A DNA stretch of 64,000 bases from contig CAVRKK010000001.1 in NCBI GenBank assembly GCA_963722385.1, positions 1 to 64,000 of the forward strand, given 5' to 3'. The notes beneath the pieces are model-generated. The model searched no databases. It was not told where the DNA came from and saw only the letters and a list, made by a program, of their open reading frames with translations. Each line of letters starts with the position of its first letter. Position 1 is the stretch's first letter. This document shows positions 1-10,049 of this stretch, piece by piece. The stretch comes from an uncultured bacterium. GTDB taxonomy: Bacteria; Babelota; Babeliae; Babelales; Babelaceae. The position numbers and the translations under genes are program-made.

Positions 1-153
1 GAGGAACACCGTACAATTAGTGAGCTGATAAGAGAATCATTCAGGCAATACAAAGCCCAAAGAGTACTAAATAAAGCTGCGCGTTATGGAAGGAAAGTTG
101 CTCAAGAAAAAGGACTAACACCCGAAGATTTCGGTGGTCCTTTTCAGGAGTAA
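1..153 (+). CDS. Ribbon-helix-helix (CopG-like) antitoxin, 5'-partial
   Basis: Frame 1 reads EEHRTISELIRESFRQYKAQRVLNKAARYGRKVAQEKGLTPEDFGGPFQE*; SELIRE RHH helix; stop 1 nt before the PIN gene ATG. Confidence 0.7.
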   Translation, partial: EEHRTISELIRESFRQYKAQRVLNKAARYGRKVAQEKGLTPEDFGGPFQE

Positions 154-154
154 A

Positions 155-565
155 ATGCTTACTGTTTGTATCGATGCGAATGTTTATATTTCAGCACTGG
201 CCTTTGGAGGAAAACCCTTGAGGGTAATCCAATTAGCCCTAAATAAAAAGTTTTGTTTAGTAACGAGCTTGCATATACTCACTGAGGTGAAACGCAACCT
301 TATAGGCAAATTATCTTTTTCCGAATCTTTAGCAGAAGAATTACTTGAAGAATATATTCAAATATCTAATATCTATGAACCTCAAGGAAAAATTAAATTC
401 ATAGATCATCAACAGGATAATCTTGTACTTGAAACAGCTCTACTTGGAGATGCTCAAATATTAGTTACTGGTGATAAAAAAGATCTCCTTCCCCTTAAGA
501 TCTTTCGAGGAATTATAATAGAATCTCCTGCAGCATTTTTTCAAAGAATTGAGGAAACTTCCTAA
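155..565 (+). CDS. PIN-domain (VapC-like, PIN_3) toxin
   Basis: IDANVYISA N-terminal motif, D.N.VLETA and LVTGDKKDLL motifs; ATG at 155. Confidence 0.9.
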   Translation: MLTVCIDANVYISALAFGGKPLRVIQLALNKKFCLVTSLHILTEVKRNLIGKLSFSESLAEELLEEYIQISNIYEPQGKIKFIDHQQDNLVLETALLGDAQILVTGDKKDLLPLKIFRGIIIESPAAFFQRIEETS

Positions 566-691
566 GAAGCAAAGACCAATAACGAACTTAGGCTTTATAG
601 GTTCCTTTTTTTTAAAAATTTAAAAGTTATTGACCTCGATGCGTGAGGTGTCAAATCTTCTTGCCATAATCCTTTCGTTTGAGCGACCGCT

Positions 692-1246
692 TCAGTCTTC
701 TTTGGCAAGGTTACCAGAAAGAAGCAGGGTGATTTTACCTGTATCCGCATAGGGTTTCAACTTCACAAAGTAGGCAAGTTGCCACATTTGAGCTTTTGTA
801 GCTTGTGCATTGTCAGGTTGGTCCCAGGGTGGATAGACACGCATCGCCCGTTTTCCTCCTCTTCCCTCCTTGGATATAAATCCCTTTTGGCATAACGCAT
901 TTTTAGGAAAAATAAATTGACCAAAGTTTTGTGAATTTCGAACGCTTATTATAATGAAGTCTATTTGATCAGCCAAATCATAAGGGGTGATAGGGCTGAA
1001 TGCAACTCGTTTCCATAACGTAACAAAGTAGCCAATTTTTTTTGGTGTAATTTTCCCTACTCGAAACTTTACAACTTTACCGTTTATCGCGAAGCTGCAT
1101 CCACCATACTCCTTGCTTTCGGAGTCTTGTATTATAGAGCCACATAAAAACCCATTTGGTTCATAAGCAAGCATTTGGGCTACAATAAGATCGGGATGAA
1201 TATTGCAATTGTTGGTCACAGAGCTTACTACTCGACGAATTTTCAT
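692..1246 (-). CDS. MepB family protein
   Basis: ES.EYGGC, FRVGKITPKKIG.FVTLWKR, GKRAMRVYPPWD, QxWQLxYF motifs. Confidence 0.85.
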   Translation of the reverse strand: MKIRRVVSSVTNNCNIHPDLIVAQMLAYEPNGFLCGSIIQDSESKEYGGCSFAINGKVVKFRVGKITPKKIGYFVTLWKRVAFSPITPYDLADQIDFIIISVRNSQNFGQFIFPKNALCQKGFISKEGRGGKRAMRVYPPWDQPDNAQATKAQMWQLAYFVKLKPYADTGKITLLLSGNLAKED

Positions 1247-1335
1247 GATTTAGGCTGCATCGTATAACAGAATGATCACGTGGCTAAAGACATATCATAG
1301 ACGAAAGGAACATTTGATACGATGTTAAAAGCTGC

Positions 1336-1812
1336 TTAACGACCTACGGTAAGGACACGGCTTCGTTCCGTTTGTTGAGCATTTCTTGCCTTTTCAGCGC
1401 TCAATGCAGTCTTTAACCTTTGTATATAAGAATAAGTTTGCCATGCTCCAAGCGCCATAGCTGCTACAAAACCTGAAAAAATAGAGCCATAGAAGTTTAA
1501 TCGCTCACGAGACAGCAAAGTATATTCTTTCCCATTAATAGTGATATCAATGGTCTTTCCTTCTTCAAGGAGCGGCTGCAAATCTTCTTTACTTAAAAGG
1601 TAATCGCTTGCAGTTTCGCTAGCTACCAGACTACCATGCGAACTTACAACGTCAGCAGCCAATTCTTGAATCTGAGCCACATCCTTAGCTACATCCATTG
1701 AGCCTAGCACCGCTTGCTTATTGTTCGTAATGAGTGCTTGATTAAGATCGGCAGCTAAACTCAGTGACGTAAAGAATATTAAACCAACCCATACACTAAG
1801 AAATCGAAACAT
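1336..1812 (-). CDS. Hypothetical secreted/membrane protein
   Basis: Signal peptide (MFRFLSVWVGLIFFTSLSLA) and one C-terminal TM helix. Confidence 0.6.
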   Translation of the reverse strand: MFRFLSVWVGLIFFTSLSLAADLNQALITNNKQAVLGSMDVAKDVAQIQELAADVVSSHGSLVASETASDYLLSKEDLQPLLEEGKTIDITINGKEYTLLSRERLNFYGSIFSGFVAAMALGAWQTYSYIQRLKTALSAEKARNAQQTERSRVLTVGR

Positions 1813-2468
1813 GGTATCCCTTTTATCCTTAAAAAAACTAAAGAACATATTAATTATTTCTTATTATAAAATAATGAAATGGGCGAGTCAATGGTTTTTT
1901 CTCCCGGTTTATTTTCTCAAAAAATATTCTACAATCTCTTGCTTTCTGAAGAAGGCCTGATAACTTTCCTACAGCGCGGCTACAATTGTATTCGATGGCA
2001 GTCTAATAACTTGGTATTAATGGCCCAGCTCTTCATCATGTGGTTACAAAAGGCACTATTTATCCCCTTTAGATTGCGCTTCTTGATGTAGCCTTGAACC
2101 AATAAAAAAGAATCTAAAAATTGGAAGTATCGTTTGTTAGATTTGGTGGCTAAAGTCATGGGCTTTCTTGCCTTTTTATCGTGAAAGAAGGGGCTTGAGT
2201 GTGGCTCATGGCCTTCTCGGTTCATTTTTTATTGGACTTGGTTGCTATTGGTATACCGGAACCCTCGCCCAACATAAAGATCATCTACAGCGCGGTGAAA
2301 GGTGATGCAAGCAGAGCTGAAAAAAGGCAAGAGGCCTCGGTTGTTGGATAACGACAGACATGACTTGCCATAATTTTTGAAATTAAATTTAAAATATTTA
2401 CAAACAAGAATGTCTTATGATAGATTAATAGAGTAATTTCTATTAATACGTTATTAAGAGGGAGAGAG

Positions 2469-2729
2469 ATGATGAACAAGAAATTTTTATGCGTGGTAGC
2501 TTGTATGAGCATTGTTACGGCGACTTCAAGCTTTGGTTTTGGCAAAAAGCGTTCAACATCGACGACGACTTCAACATCATGCACTGGTGACCAATGCGCC
2601 ACCACCATCTGCATAAACGGCGCGTGCCGTAGAGAAGAGGCAAGCAGATCAACCTCGACATCAACGTCGTGCATTGATGGCGTATGCAAAATTTGCGTTA
2701 ATGAAAACTGTACAGTGCAAAAGAATTGA
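2469..2729 (+). CDS. Small secreted Cys/Ser/Thr-rich protein with internal duplication
   Basis: GAGGGAG RBS, signal peptide, two RSTST(T/S)TSTSC-x4-C-x2-3-C-xN-x2-C units. Confidence 0.75.
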   Translation: MMNKKFLCVVACMSIVTATSSFGFGKKRSTSTTTSTSCTGDQCATTICINGACRREEASRSTSTSTSCIDGVCKICVNENCTVQKN

Positions 2730-2744
2730 TACGATTCAATTCAA

Positions 2745-2782
2745 TTGACATAAGTGTATATATATGTATATACTTTATGCAA
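2745..2782 (+). promoter_or_regulatory. Sigma70 promoter with palindromic operator for the PrlF/YhaV TA locus
   Basis: TTGACA (2745-2750), 18 nt, TATACT (2769-2774), embedded in an imperfect inverted repeat. Confidence 0.55.
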
Positions 2783-2804
2783 TTACTGATAAAAGGAATT
2801 GCAT

Positions 2805-3119
2805 ATGCGAGTTCAAAAAAAGCTTTTTAAGCATGGGGGTAGTTTAGCAATGGTTATGCCTTCAGAGTTTATTAAAAGGCTGAAGGCACATGAAGTCGTC
2901 GTTGAGCTTTCTTTTATTAACGGCAAAACTCCTAAACTTACCATAACACCGACTGATTCTTTCGATACTATTGAAAATGATCCGATCTTTGCCCTTTTTG
3001 CCGAGGCAATTCTTAGAGACGCAATGGAGCATCCTCAAGATCTTTTAAAAACTGAAGATATCTGGAATGAAAAGGCCCTTAGGCTTCTTGAAGGCGTAGA
3101 AACAAGCGACAATGAATAA
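2805..3119 (+). CDS. AbrB/PrlF-like antitoxin
   Basis: KLFKHGGSLAMVMP AbrB-type N-terminus; ENDPIFALF...D acidic PrlF-like C-terminus; overlaps toxin start. Confidence 0.7.
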   Translation: MRVQKKLFKHGGSLAMVMPSEFIKRLKAHEVVVELSFINGKTPKLTITPTDSFDTIENDPIFALFAEAILRDAMEHPQDLLKTEDIWNEKALRLLEGVETSDNE

Positions 3120-3576
3120 TTATACGCTGTATTATCATCAAGTATATGCAGATCGAGTGTTAAAAATGCTTGATGTTGCGCAAAAGTTATATGAAAAAAT
3201 TCCCCAAGCAGACTATATCCGTCATCCACACGTAAAACTATTAGCACGCTTAGCAAAAGCAACCTTGGAAATTATTCCACAAAATCCGCATCGCAATGAC
3301 TATTTATTGACGGGGAATTTATCAAAATTTCGTCGCTATAAAAGTGGGCTTCAAAGGCATCGGTTGTTATTTTGCTTTTCGGACAAGCCACATCTTATAT
3401 TGTATTTGTATATTAATGATGCGGAGCATTTGCGCAAAGATGGCGATACAAACGATCCTTATCATGAATTTGAAGCCTTAGTAAAAAAAGGTATTTTTTC
3501 TCATCGTCCTGATGATCCTAAAATACGCACATGGATTAGAGCTAGCCTTAAGAAAGATACGGCTCAAAAAGACTAA
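3112..3576 (+). CDS. YhaV-family (RelE superfamily) toxin
   Basis: IIPQNP...Y.L.GNL, R.K...RHRLLF, YINDAEHLRK.GD.NDPY..F motifs typical of YhaV. Confidence 0.85.
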   Translation: MNNYTLYYHQVYADRVLKMLDVAQKLYEKIPQADYIRHPHVKLLARLAKATLEIIPQNPHRNDYLLTGNLSKFRRYKSGLQRHRLLFCFSDKPHLILYLYINDAEHLRKDGDTNDPYHEFEALVKKGIFSHRPDDPKIRTWIRASLKKDTAQKD

Positions 3577-3580
3577 TATG

Positions 3581-6085
3581 TCAAGGCTGTGCTGCATTCT
3601 CGGCGCTCGGCGACCCCGCGGCGCATGTTTGGCACACGGTAGCTGGTATAATAGGTTGTTCCGGTGCTTGACCATGTGATTTAATCATAGTCAGAATTTG
3701 CCGAGCCTGCGTGATGATCTGCTCAGGTATCCCAGCGCGCTTTGCTACCTCTAAGCCAAAGCTGCCATCAGATGTTCCCTGAATAATTTTATGCAAAAGA
3801 AGTACTCCTTCGCTCGTTTGCTTGCTCGCTGCGTAGTAAGCGACTATGCCAGGATGCGTTGGAACAAGTGTTGTTAATTCGTGGTAGTGGGTCGCAAAAA
3901 GGCATCGAGCTTGTACATTGTTGTAAATATACTCAATAATAGCTTGTGCGAGCGCAAGGCCATCATAGGTACTGGTGCCGCGGCCGACCTCATCCAGGAT
4001 AACGAGACTATTGCGTGTTGCTTGCGTACAGATAAGTGCTGTTTCCTCCATCTCCACCAAGAACGTACTTTTGCCCGCTGCTACATTGTCGGCGGCGCCG
4101 ATGCGGGTGAAAATACGATCAAGTAAAGGGAGCTGTGCCGACCGAGCGGGGACAAATGATCCCATTTGCGCCATGATAGCTATCAGTGCTACTTGTCTTA
4201 AAAAAGTCGACTTGCCGCCCATATTGGGACCAGTAATGATCCATAATGATTGTTCATCAGTCAACGAGGTATCATTAGGAATAAACTGGTGGCGCAAAGA
4301 AGTTTCGACGACAGGGTGTCTGCCTTCGCTTATAAGAATGTCGCGCCGCTTGTTAAAATGGGGGCGTGTATATGAGCTTGTGTACGCTACATGAGCAAGG
4401 CCTATGAGTGCGTCAAGATGGGCAAGGCCTTGGGCCGTTTTTTTAAGGTGAGCGAGATCCTGTTCGACGCGTTTGCAGACGGATTCAAAAATTTCCAATT
4501 CGACCTCGTCGATGCTCGCTCGTGCGCGCTGAATATCGTACTCGAGGTCTTTTAGGGCTTGTATAGTAAAGCGCTCGCGATTAGAGAGGGTTTGTAAGCG
4601 TATATAATCCGACGGAACATGGTCTGAATAGGTCTTAGTAACTTCTATGGCATAGCCATGGAGCTTGACATAGCGAATTTTGAGCGAGGGGATTCGAGTA
4701 CGTGCCTGCTCAGCCCTCTCGAGGTCAAGGACGGCCTCGGTCCCTTTTTCTAGGAGGCTGCGTAAGCGGTCAAGCTCAGGGTTATATCCCGGCTTTATTC
4801 GGTAATGATGGGCAGTATCCTCATTGAGCGAGGTTTGCATAATGCCGAGCAGTTCCCCATAATCACCGAGACGAGCCTTAATAATAGTTAAAACCTGAAT
4901 TTGGGCAAACTGCTCTAGGCCCTTAAGTATTGATGGAATAATCGCAAGCGCTCTCATGAGGCCGAGATAGTCGTATATCTGTGCTCTACTGAGTGCTATT
5001 CGCCCCACGATGCGCTCAAGATCGCCAACGCATTTTAAGAGTTCTTCGAGGGCCGCGCGCTCCTTTATGTGCCGCGTAAGTGTTTCCACGGCATCCAGGC
5101 GTTGTTCAATGAGCTCCTGCTTGACCAAAGGGCGTAGCAGCCACTTTTTAATTTGTCGTGAGCCCATAGAGGTTGCTGCTTTATCCAAATGGCTGAAAAG
5201 TGTATTTTGGGCACTGCCATCCTGTAGATTTTTAATGAGCTCGAGGTTGCGTTGTGTTGCTGCGTCAAGAATTAAGAAGTCTTCGGGTGTATAGGCAAAA
5301 AGTTGCTTGCACTGTGCAAGGGCTGCTTGGCAGTGGGTCATTAAGTAGGCGTGCATAAGCCCGATTGCTGAGCATGCCGCAGAAGAGTGGTCAATGAATG
5401 AAACGATTCCATCGGAAAAGTTGGTCGCGAGCCAGGCATGCAAAACCTGGTTTTCTTGCAGCTGAGCGGGCGCAGCGCCAATTGTCGTCGTAATATAGCC
5501 CAGTCTTTGTAAGTGATTGTTGAGTGCCGTACCAAGCTTGGTATCAGGAACAATGATCTCATCAGGCAAGAAGCGGCTCAGTTCAGCTTCGAGCAAGCGC
5601 TCATCTTGGGATGGCAGGACCGTAACAAAAATCTGGCCAGCGAGTAGTTCCGCAAAGGCCAAGCCGTAATTATTTTCAAAAGGGAAGACCGTTGCTAAAT
5701 ATGATGCTGATTTTTCCTGAAGCATTTTGAGGTCAGTGAGTGTGCCTGGCGTGAGCACTTGGCGTACGCCACGCTCGACGATCTTGCCAGGCTGCGGTTT
5801 GGTTAGCTGGTCGCAGAGCACGACCCGGAAGCCGCCTTTGACCAGTCTGACAAGGTAATGATCAACGGTGTGCACGGGGACGCCGCAGAGAGGTATCGGT
5901 TCGCCATGCGAGCTGCCTCGGCGCGTCAGCGTAAGGCCTAAGAATGATGATGCTTTGTGGGCATCGTCAAAGAACATTTCGTAAAAGTCACCGACTTGAA
6001 AGAGCACTATAGCGTCGGGAAAACGGTTTTTAATGTCCTGATATTGCCGCATTAGCGGGGTGGCGGATATTGTCTCTTCGCTCAT
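3581..6085 (-). CDS. mutS: DNA mismatch repair protein MutS
   Basis: TPLMRQY, GDFYEMF, TGPNMGGKST Walker A, STFLVEM, ILDEVGRGTST, FATHYHEL. Confidence 0.98.
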   Translation of the reverse strand: MSEETISATPLMRQYQDIKNRFPDAIVLFQVGDFYEMFFDDAHKASSFLGLTLTRRGSSHGEPIPLCGVPVHTVDHYLVRLVKGGFRVVLCDQLTKPQPGKIVERGVRQVLTPGTLTDLKMLQEKSASYLATVFPFENNYGLAFAELLAGQIFVTVLPSQDERLLEAELSRFLPDEIIVPDTKLGTALNNHLQRLGYITTTIGAAPAQLQENQVLHAWLATNFSDGIVSFIDHSSAACSAIGLMHAYLMTHCQAALAQCKQLFAYTPEDFLILDAATQRNLELIKNLQDGSAQNTLFSHLDKAATSMGSRQIKKWLLRPLVKQELIEQRLDAVETLTRHIKERAALEELLKCVGDLERIVGRIALSRAQIYDYLGLMRALAIIPSILKGLEQFAQIQVLTIIKARLGDYGELLGIMQTSLNEDTAHHYRIKPGYNPELDRLRSLLEKGTEAVLDLERAEQARTRIPSLKIRYVKLHGYAIEVTKTYSDHVPSDYIRLQTLSNRERFTIQALKDLEYDIQRARASIDEVELEIFESVCKRVEQDLAHLKKTAQGLAHLDALIGLAHVAYTSSYTRPHFNKRRDILISEGRHPVVETSLRHQFIPNDTSLTDEQSLWIITGPNMGGKSTFLRQVALIAIMAQMGSFVPARSAQLPLLDRIFTRIGAADNVAAGKSTFLVEMEETALICTQATRNSLVILDEVGRGTSTYDGLALAQAIIEYIYNNVQARCLFATHYHELTTLVPTHPGIVAYYAASKQTSEGVLLLHKIIQGTSDGSFGLEVAKRAGIPEQIITQARQILTMIKSHGQAPEQPIIPATVCQTCAAGSPSAENAAQP

Positions 6086-6328
6086 AAATAGCTGCTTTCG
6101 CTTAAGTACATAATTTTGCTATCTAAGTCTAATAGCAAGTCTGACGTTTGGCAAATTGACCTCTTTTAAGGCCGCGCAGCAATAGAGTGAATGCTATGAT
6201 TTCTACGGCTGCAAGCTTGATTTTCTGCTTGAATGCCTGTTGGCCCGAACTTAGTGTACTTGCTTTTTGTTACACCCATGTCACGATAGAAGTAGAAGAA
6301 AAAATGCTGAGCTATTTTGACCCAGTTC

Positions 6329-7797
6329 TTAGCTCTTTTTCCCATAAAATGCGAATCGCATAATAGGCTCGTGCAATTCACGCATAATATGCCTAAAATG
6401 AGTTGGCCTTGTTGGATTATTTACAATAGCATTGGTAGAGTTAAAAAAACAATTCCAGAGCAATTGTTGCATCTCAAGATGCTTGTTTCTTATTTCTTGA
6501 TCTAAGTTGGGATTCCGTAACAAGACGCTTAGGAAATTGTTTATTTCAAGAAGCTTTGTACCAATATAGGCTTTTAAATCCTGAGCAACTGAAATAAAGT
6601 AGTTCACGATGTCCGTATATCCTTGCACAGCAGCTGTTTCTAAATTTTGATTAATAAGCTCAATTAAGCGGTTATCCGGTATAAGTACCCTCAATGCCTG
6701 AAGACTCTCGAGCTGACCCATGAGGGTTGCACGAGCAAATGCTTGATCCTTCGCTCTATCACCCAGAACGCTTTTAAACTTATCAGCTAGGGATTCAATG
6801 ATAGATACCTTGCCTTGAGCTGCAGCTATTATCAATAAAGTATTAAGTTTTTTCGGCGATAAAGAATCTTTTGGAAGTGAGCTTTTTAGTGAGGCTTCAC
6901 GAGCGATGTTCTGAAAATATTCAAACATTTCACAAAAATACGGATCTTCTTTAGTACAACGCGCACCAAGATCTATGAGCCATTTTAGCATCTCGATATG
7001 TTGGTCAAAGATCAATGGTGATTCATCGCTTGTATCTTCTTGTAGTTCATCAAGAGATTCCACAAGGCGTTCAATAAGGTAATTTGTGACCTCTTGATTG
7101 CGTATTCGGAGGCCATATTTAATAAGCAACTTAAGAAAATTCAAGCAAGCTCTTCTTCCGTCTACTAATGCTTCAATCACCCCCAGATTATGAACATGAG
7201 CACCACGGTCAAGGAGCCATTGAGCAAGCTTATAGTTACCACAATCGACAGCATACCAGAGCGGGCTGCGATCTTTTTCAGTTTTTCGTTCAATATCAAG
7301 GCTCAGAAGTAAATCGATGAGCTCGTAGTTGCCTATTCGTACTGCTATGCTTAAGGGATACGCCAACGAGGCGTCGGACCAATACCGATATTCCGCCTCA
7401 AGGGATGCCCCAAAATTCCTCCATGAATCAGGATCAGCACCATTTTCTAGAGCTCTTTTTACACCATCCATGTTGACGATAGCCTGTGAGATAGCTTCCT
7501 CAATAGCAACATCGTCTTCAAAAGGCAATGACCTAAGATCATTATCTAATTGTTGAAACGCTTCATCACCAAGCATGGCCCTGAGAGCTCCATTTGCACT
7601 TCAGGAGTCCAATTAGGTTTGGCCTCTTCTTGAGGTTTTTCGGTTTCTTCTGTATCGCAGTTATGTTGCGGCCGGATTGCTTCTGCTTCTTCTTGCCAGT
7701 CGTTTCTTTCTTTTTCTTTTTCCTTTTCCATGCTCATACTTGAAAGCGGAAATAAAAGGAGTAAGATCGCGCTCAAGCTTAAGAATATTTTTTTCAT
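6329..7797 (-). pseudogene. Secreted ankyrin-repeat protein, frameshifted near 7575-7590
   Basis: ORF 7546-7797 carries the signal peptide (MKKIFLSLSAILLLLFPLSSMSME) and overlaps ORF 6329-7576 carrying ankyrin repeats (SPLWYAVDCGNYKLAQWLLDRGA) in another frame. Confidence 0.7.
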
Positions 7798-8149
7798 AGT
7801 ATTTGATCCTTTACTTCAAGTATTAATAATTTGATAATATACAAAATAGATAGTTTTGCAACTTTTAATGAGAGCTGGTAGCAGTTATAAGCCGGGTAGC
7901 ACTACGAGACTCTAGAGCAACTTGCACAAGTCTTAGTTTATAAGCCGCCTTTTACGGAGGACAGCACAGTGTTAAGCTGGCAATCTGCAGCAAACTTGTT
8001 GATGCCATTTACACAACTTGACAGAGTCCCATCACAAGATTTTTAATGGGTTTGGCGGCAATGGAGAATGGTTTGCCAACCAAGCATGCTAAGCATCATA
8101 GATATCAGCTGATTATGTGCAATAGTTGCGCCATTTGTAGAGCTTCCTC

Positions 8150-9646
8150 CTAATGATTGTTAGAGTTCTGAAAAGGAGTTGTACTTGACCATCTGAAGTT
8201 TCTAAGCATAAGCAATAAGTGTGCCTCTCGCATCACGGAATCGTCTTCTTGATCTGCTTCTGTAACCGGTTCTTGCGTGGTATTTGTAACGGGAGTGGGG
8301 ATTGCGGAAAGTTCGCTTGCGCTTTGTTCTGGTTCTTCATCTTCGAGCGAAGCTGGCGGGTTATCTGTGGGTTGCTCCGGAAAATTCCCCTCTGTTTGAG
8401 AGCTTTCTTGGCTGTTCAAACCGATTGCTATTGGTTCCGCGACAACTGGTTGATTGAGCTGCATGATATCCAGAGGCGTCTGGTTTTGATTATTTTGTAT
8501 AGTCGCAAGGAGGGGGTAATCTGAAGTAAGGAACTCTATGAATCGGTGATTGTTTGTTTCTGCTGCTGTATGGAGAACAGTATTGCCGTTATCATCGCGT
8601 AGAGTGATGCTGTCTGGCGCTCTCGCTAGGAGGCGCTTAAAATCCTCGAGATTATCATTTATCACGAGGTGATGGAAGAGCGACCTACCTTGTTTATCTC
8701 GGTAGAAATAAAAATGGAAGCTTGAGCTTGCGAGCTCTCCAAGGATTTTCTTGTTGTTGTTAAATGCTTGTGCCATCTGAAATGTGCACGGCCAGCCGTT
8801 ATAACTGTGGTGATCAAAGATGAAGCGCACGGTCCCGCCGTTTTGGAGATGATTTCTGCTGGCGATTTTCCTTTTTCTTGCTGTTATGGTGTCCGCAGTC
8901 TCGAGCATGTTCACGATAACGTTTGCATGTGCTTGTGCTGGACCTGTGGTTGCCTCCGCTATCAATTTGGCCTTCTCTAAAGCGGTAAGTCTGAATCTGC
9001 CAAGTGTATCGATACGTGCACCTGCTTGTACTAATAATTCTACCGTTTCTTTATCTTGTAGACTTATGGCTGTCTCGAGAGGTGTTTCGCTGTTCATGTT
9101 TAATGAATCGACGATTGCCCCCGCCTCGAGCAAAAGTTGCATAGCTTTCCTATTCTGTAAGCGTTGAGCTATATGCAAGGGTGCCTCACGAGCAGAATTG
9201 CGATCATCTATGCCCATTACACCAGAGGTCAAAGCTTTGTTTTGGCGGTAGAGTGTGCATAAAGCCTTGAGAGCTTCCATATTATTGTAGGTTATAGCTA
9301 GGTGAAAGGGGTTGTCCGCGTTACAAGCCGCCTCACTAAAACAAGCGTTTGAATTATCTACATTTTCCACAAGGTAGATTATAAGTTCGGCATTACCATA
9401 GATTGCTAAGTGATGTAAAAGTGTTCTCCCCTTGTCATCTTTTCTATGATGAATACCGGGGTTTTTATTGATGAGCCAGCTCAGAAAAGGGGTGCCATAC
9501 TCGATGGCCATGAGAGCAAGGTTTGCAACAGGAAGCTTAATAATAAGCTCGGGATTAAACTGCAGGCCTTGGTGAGACGGGGTTTCCATGCCGAGTACAT
9601 TTGAGTAAATACAAGTGCACAGTAAAGCGAAAATAAAAGCTTTCAT
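8150..9646 (-). CDS. Secreted ankyrin-repeat protein
   Basis: Signal peptide; GRTLLHHLA, NPFHLA, APLHIA, ETPLETA, GNTVLHTAA repeats; acidic low-complexity tail. Confidence 0.9.
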   Translation of the reverse strand: MKAFIFALLCTCIYSNVLGMETPSHQGLQFNPELIIKLPVANLALMAIEYGTPFLSWLINKNPGIHHRKDDKGRTLLHHLAIYGNAELIIYLVENVDNSNACFSEAACNADNPFHLAITYNNMEALKALCTLYRQNKALTSGVMGIDDRNSAREAPLHIAQRLQNRKAMQLLLEAGAIVDSLNMNSETPLETAISLQDKETVELLVQAGARIDTLGRFRLTALEKAKLIAEATTGPAQAHANVIVNMLETADTITARKRKIASRNHLQNGGTVRFIFDHHSYNGWPCTFQMAQAFNNNKKILGELASSSFHFYFYRDKQGRSLFHHLVINDNLEDFKRLLARAPDSITLRDDNGNTVLHTAAETNNHRFIEFLTSDYPLLATIQNNQNQTPLDIMQLNQPVVAEPIAIGLNSQESSQTEGNFPEQPTDNPPASLEDEEPEQSASELSAIPTPVTNTTQEPVTEADQEDDSVMREAHLLLMLRNFRWSSTTPFQNSNNH

Positions 9647-9965
9647 AATTATTTCTTATCCACTATAAAATACATTATTTCTTATAGTATAGCTGAATAT
9701 AATATAAAAGCTATTTATCGATTTTGGCTTTAACTAGCAGAATTGTGCTACCTGTTTTTTCTAAAGCCAACAATAAAGAATCGTTATTCAAAAAGTTGAC
9801 TTTAACTATCAGCTAAAAGGATGATTTGTGGCTAGGAAAAAACTACGCAACCATCGATTGTTGATCCTATGGAAAAAGCTTATAGAAGAGCATAGAAAGT
9901 AACCATTAAAAATGACGAAGGCAATGCTCTAACATCGCAAAGACACAATGAATTATAATCTCTAG

Positions 9966-10002
9966 ACCATGAAGCCCCCATTTTACATGGGGGCTTCATG
10001 GT
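9966..10002. terminator. Perfect 16-bp hairpin (terminator or IS-end-like)
   Basis: ACCATGAAGCCCCCAT-TTTAC-ATGGGGGCTTCATGGT just downstream of the beta-propeller gene. Confidence 0.5.
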
Positions 10003-10049
10003 TGCATATTCTTTCATAGAGCAAGCGCGACAAAAGACCTCATCCCCCT

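Noticed and set aside
1879..2290. Short ORFs on both strands
   Set aside because: No recognisable motifs; probably decayed sequence
3881..5562. Antisense and alternate-frame ORFs within mutS (likewise within lig, ruvB, yicC, dnaE)
   Set aside because: Shadow ORFs of well-supported genes
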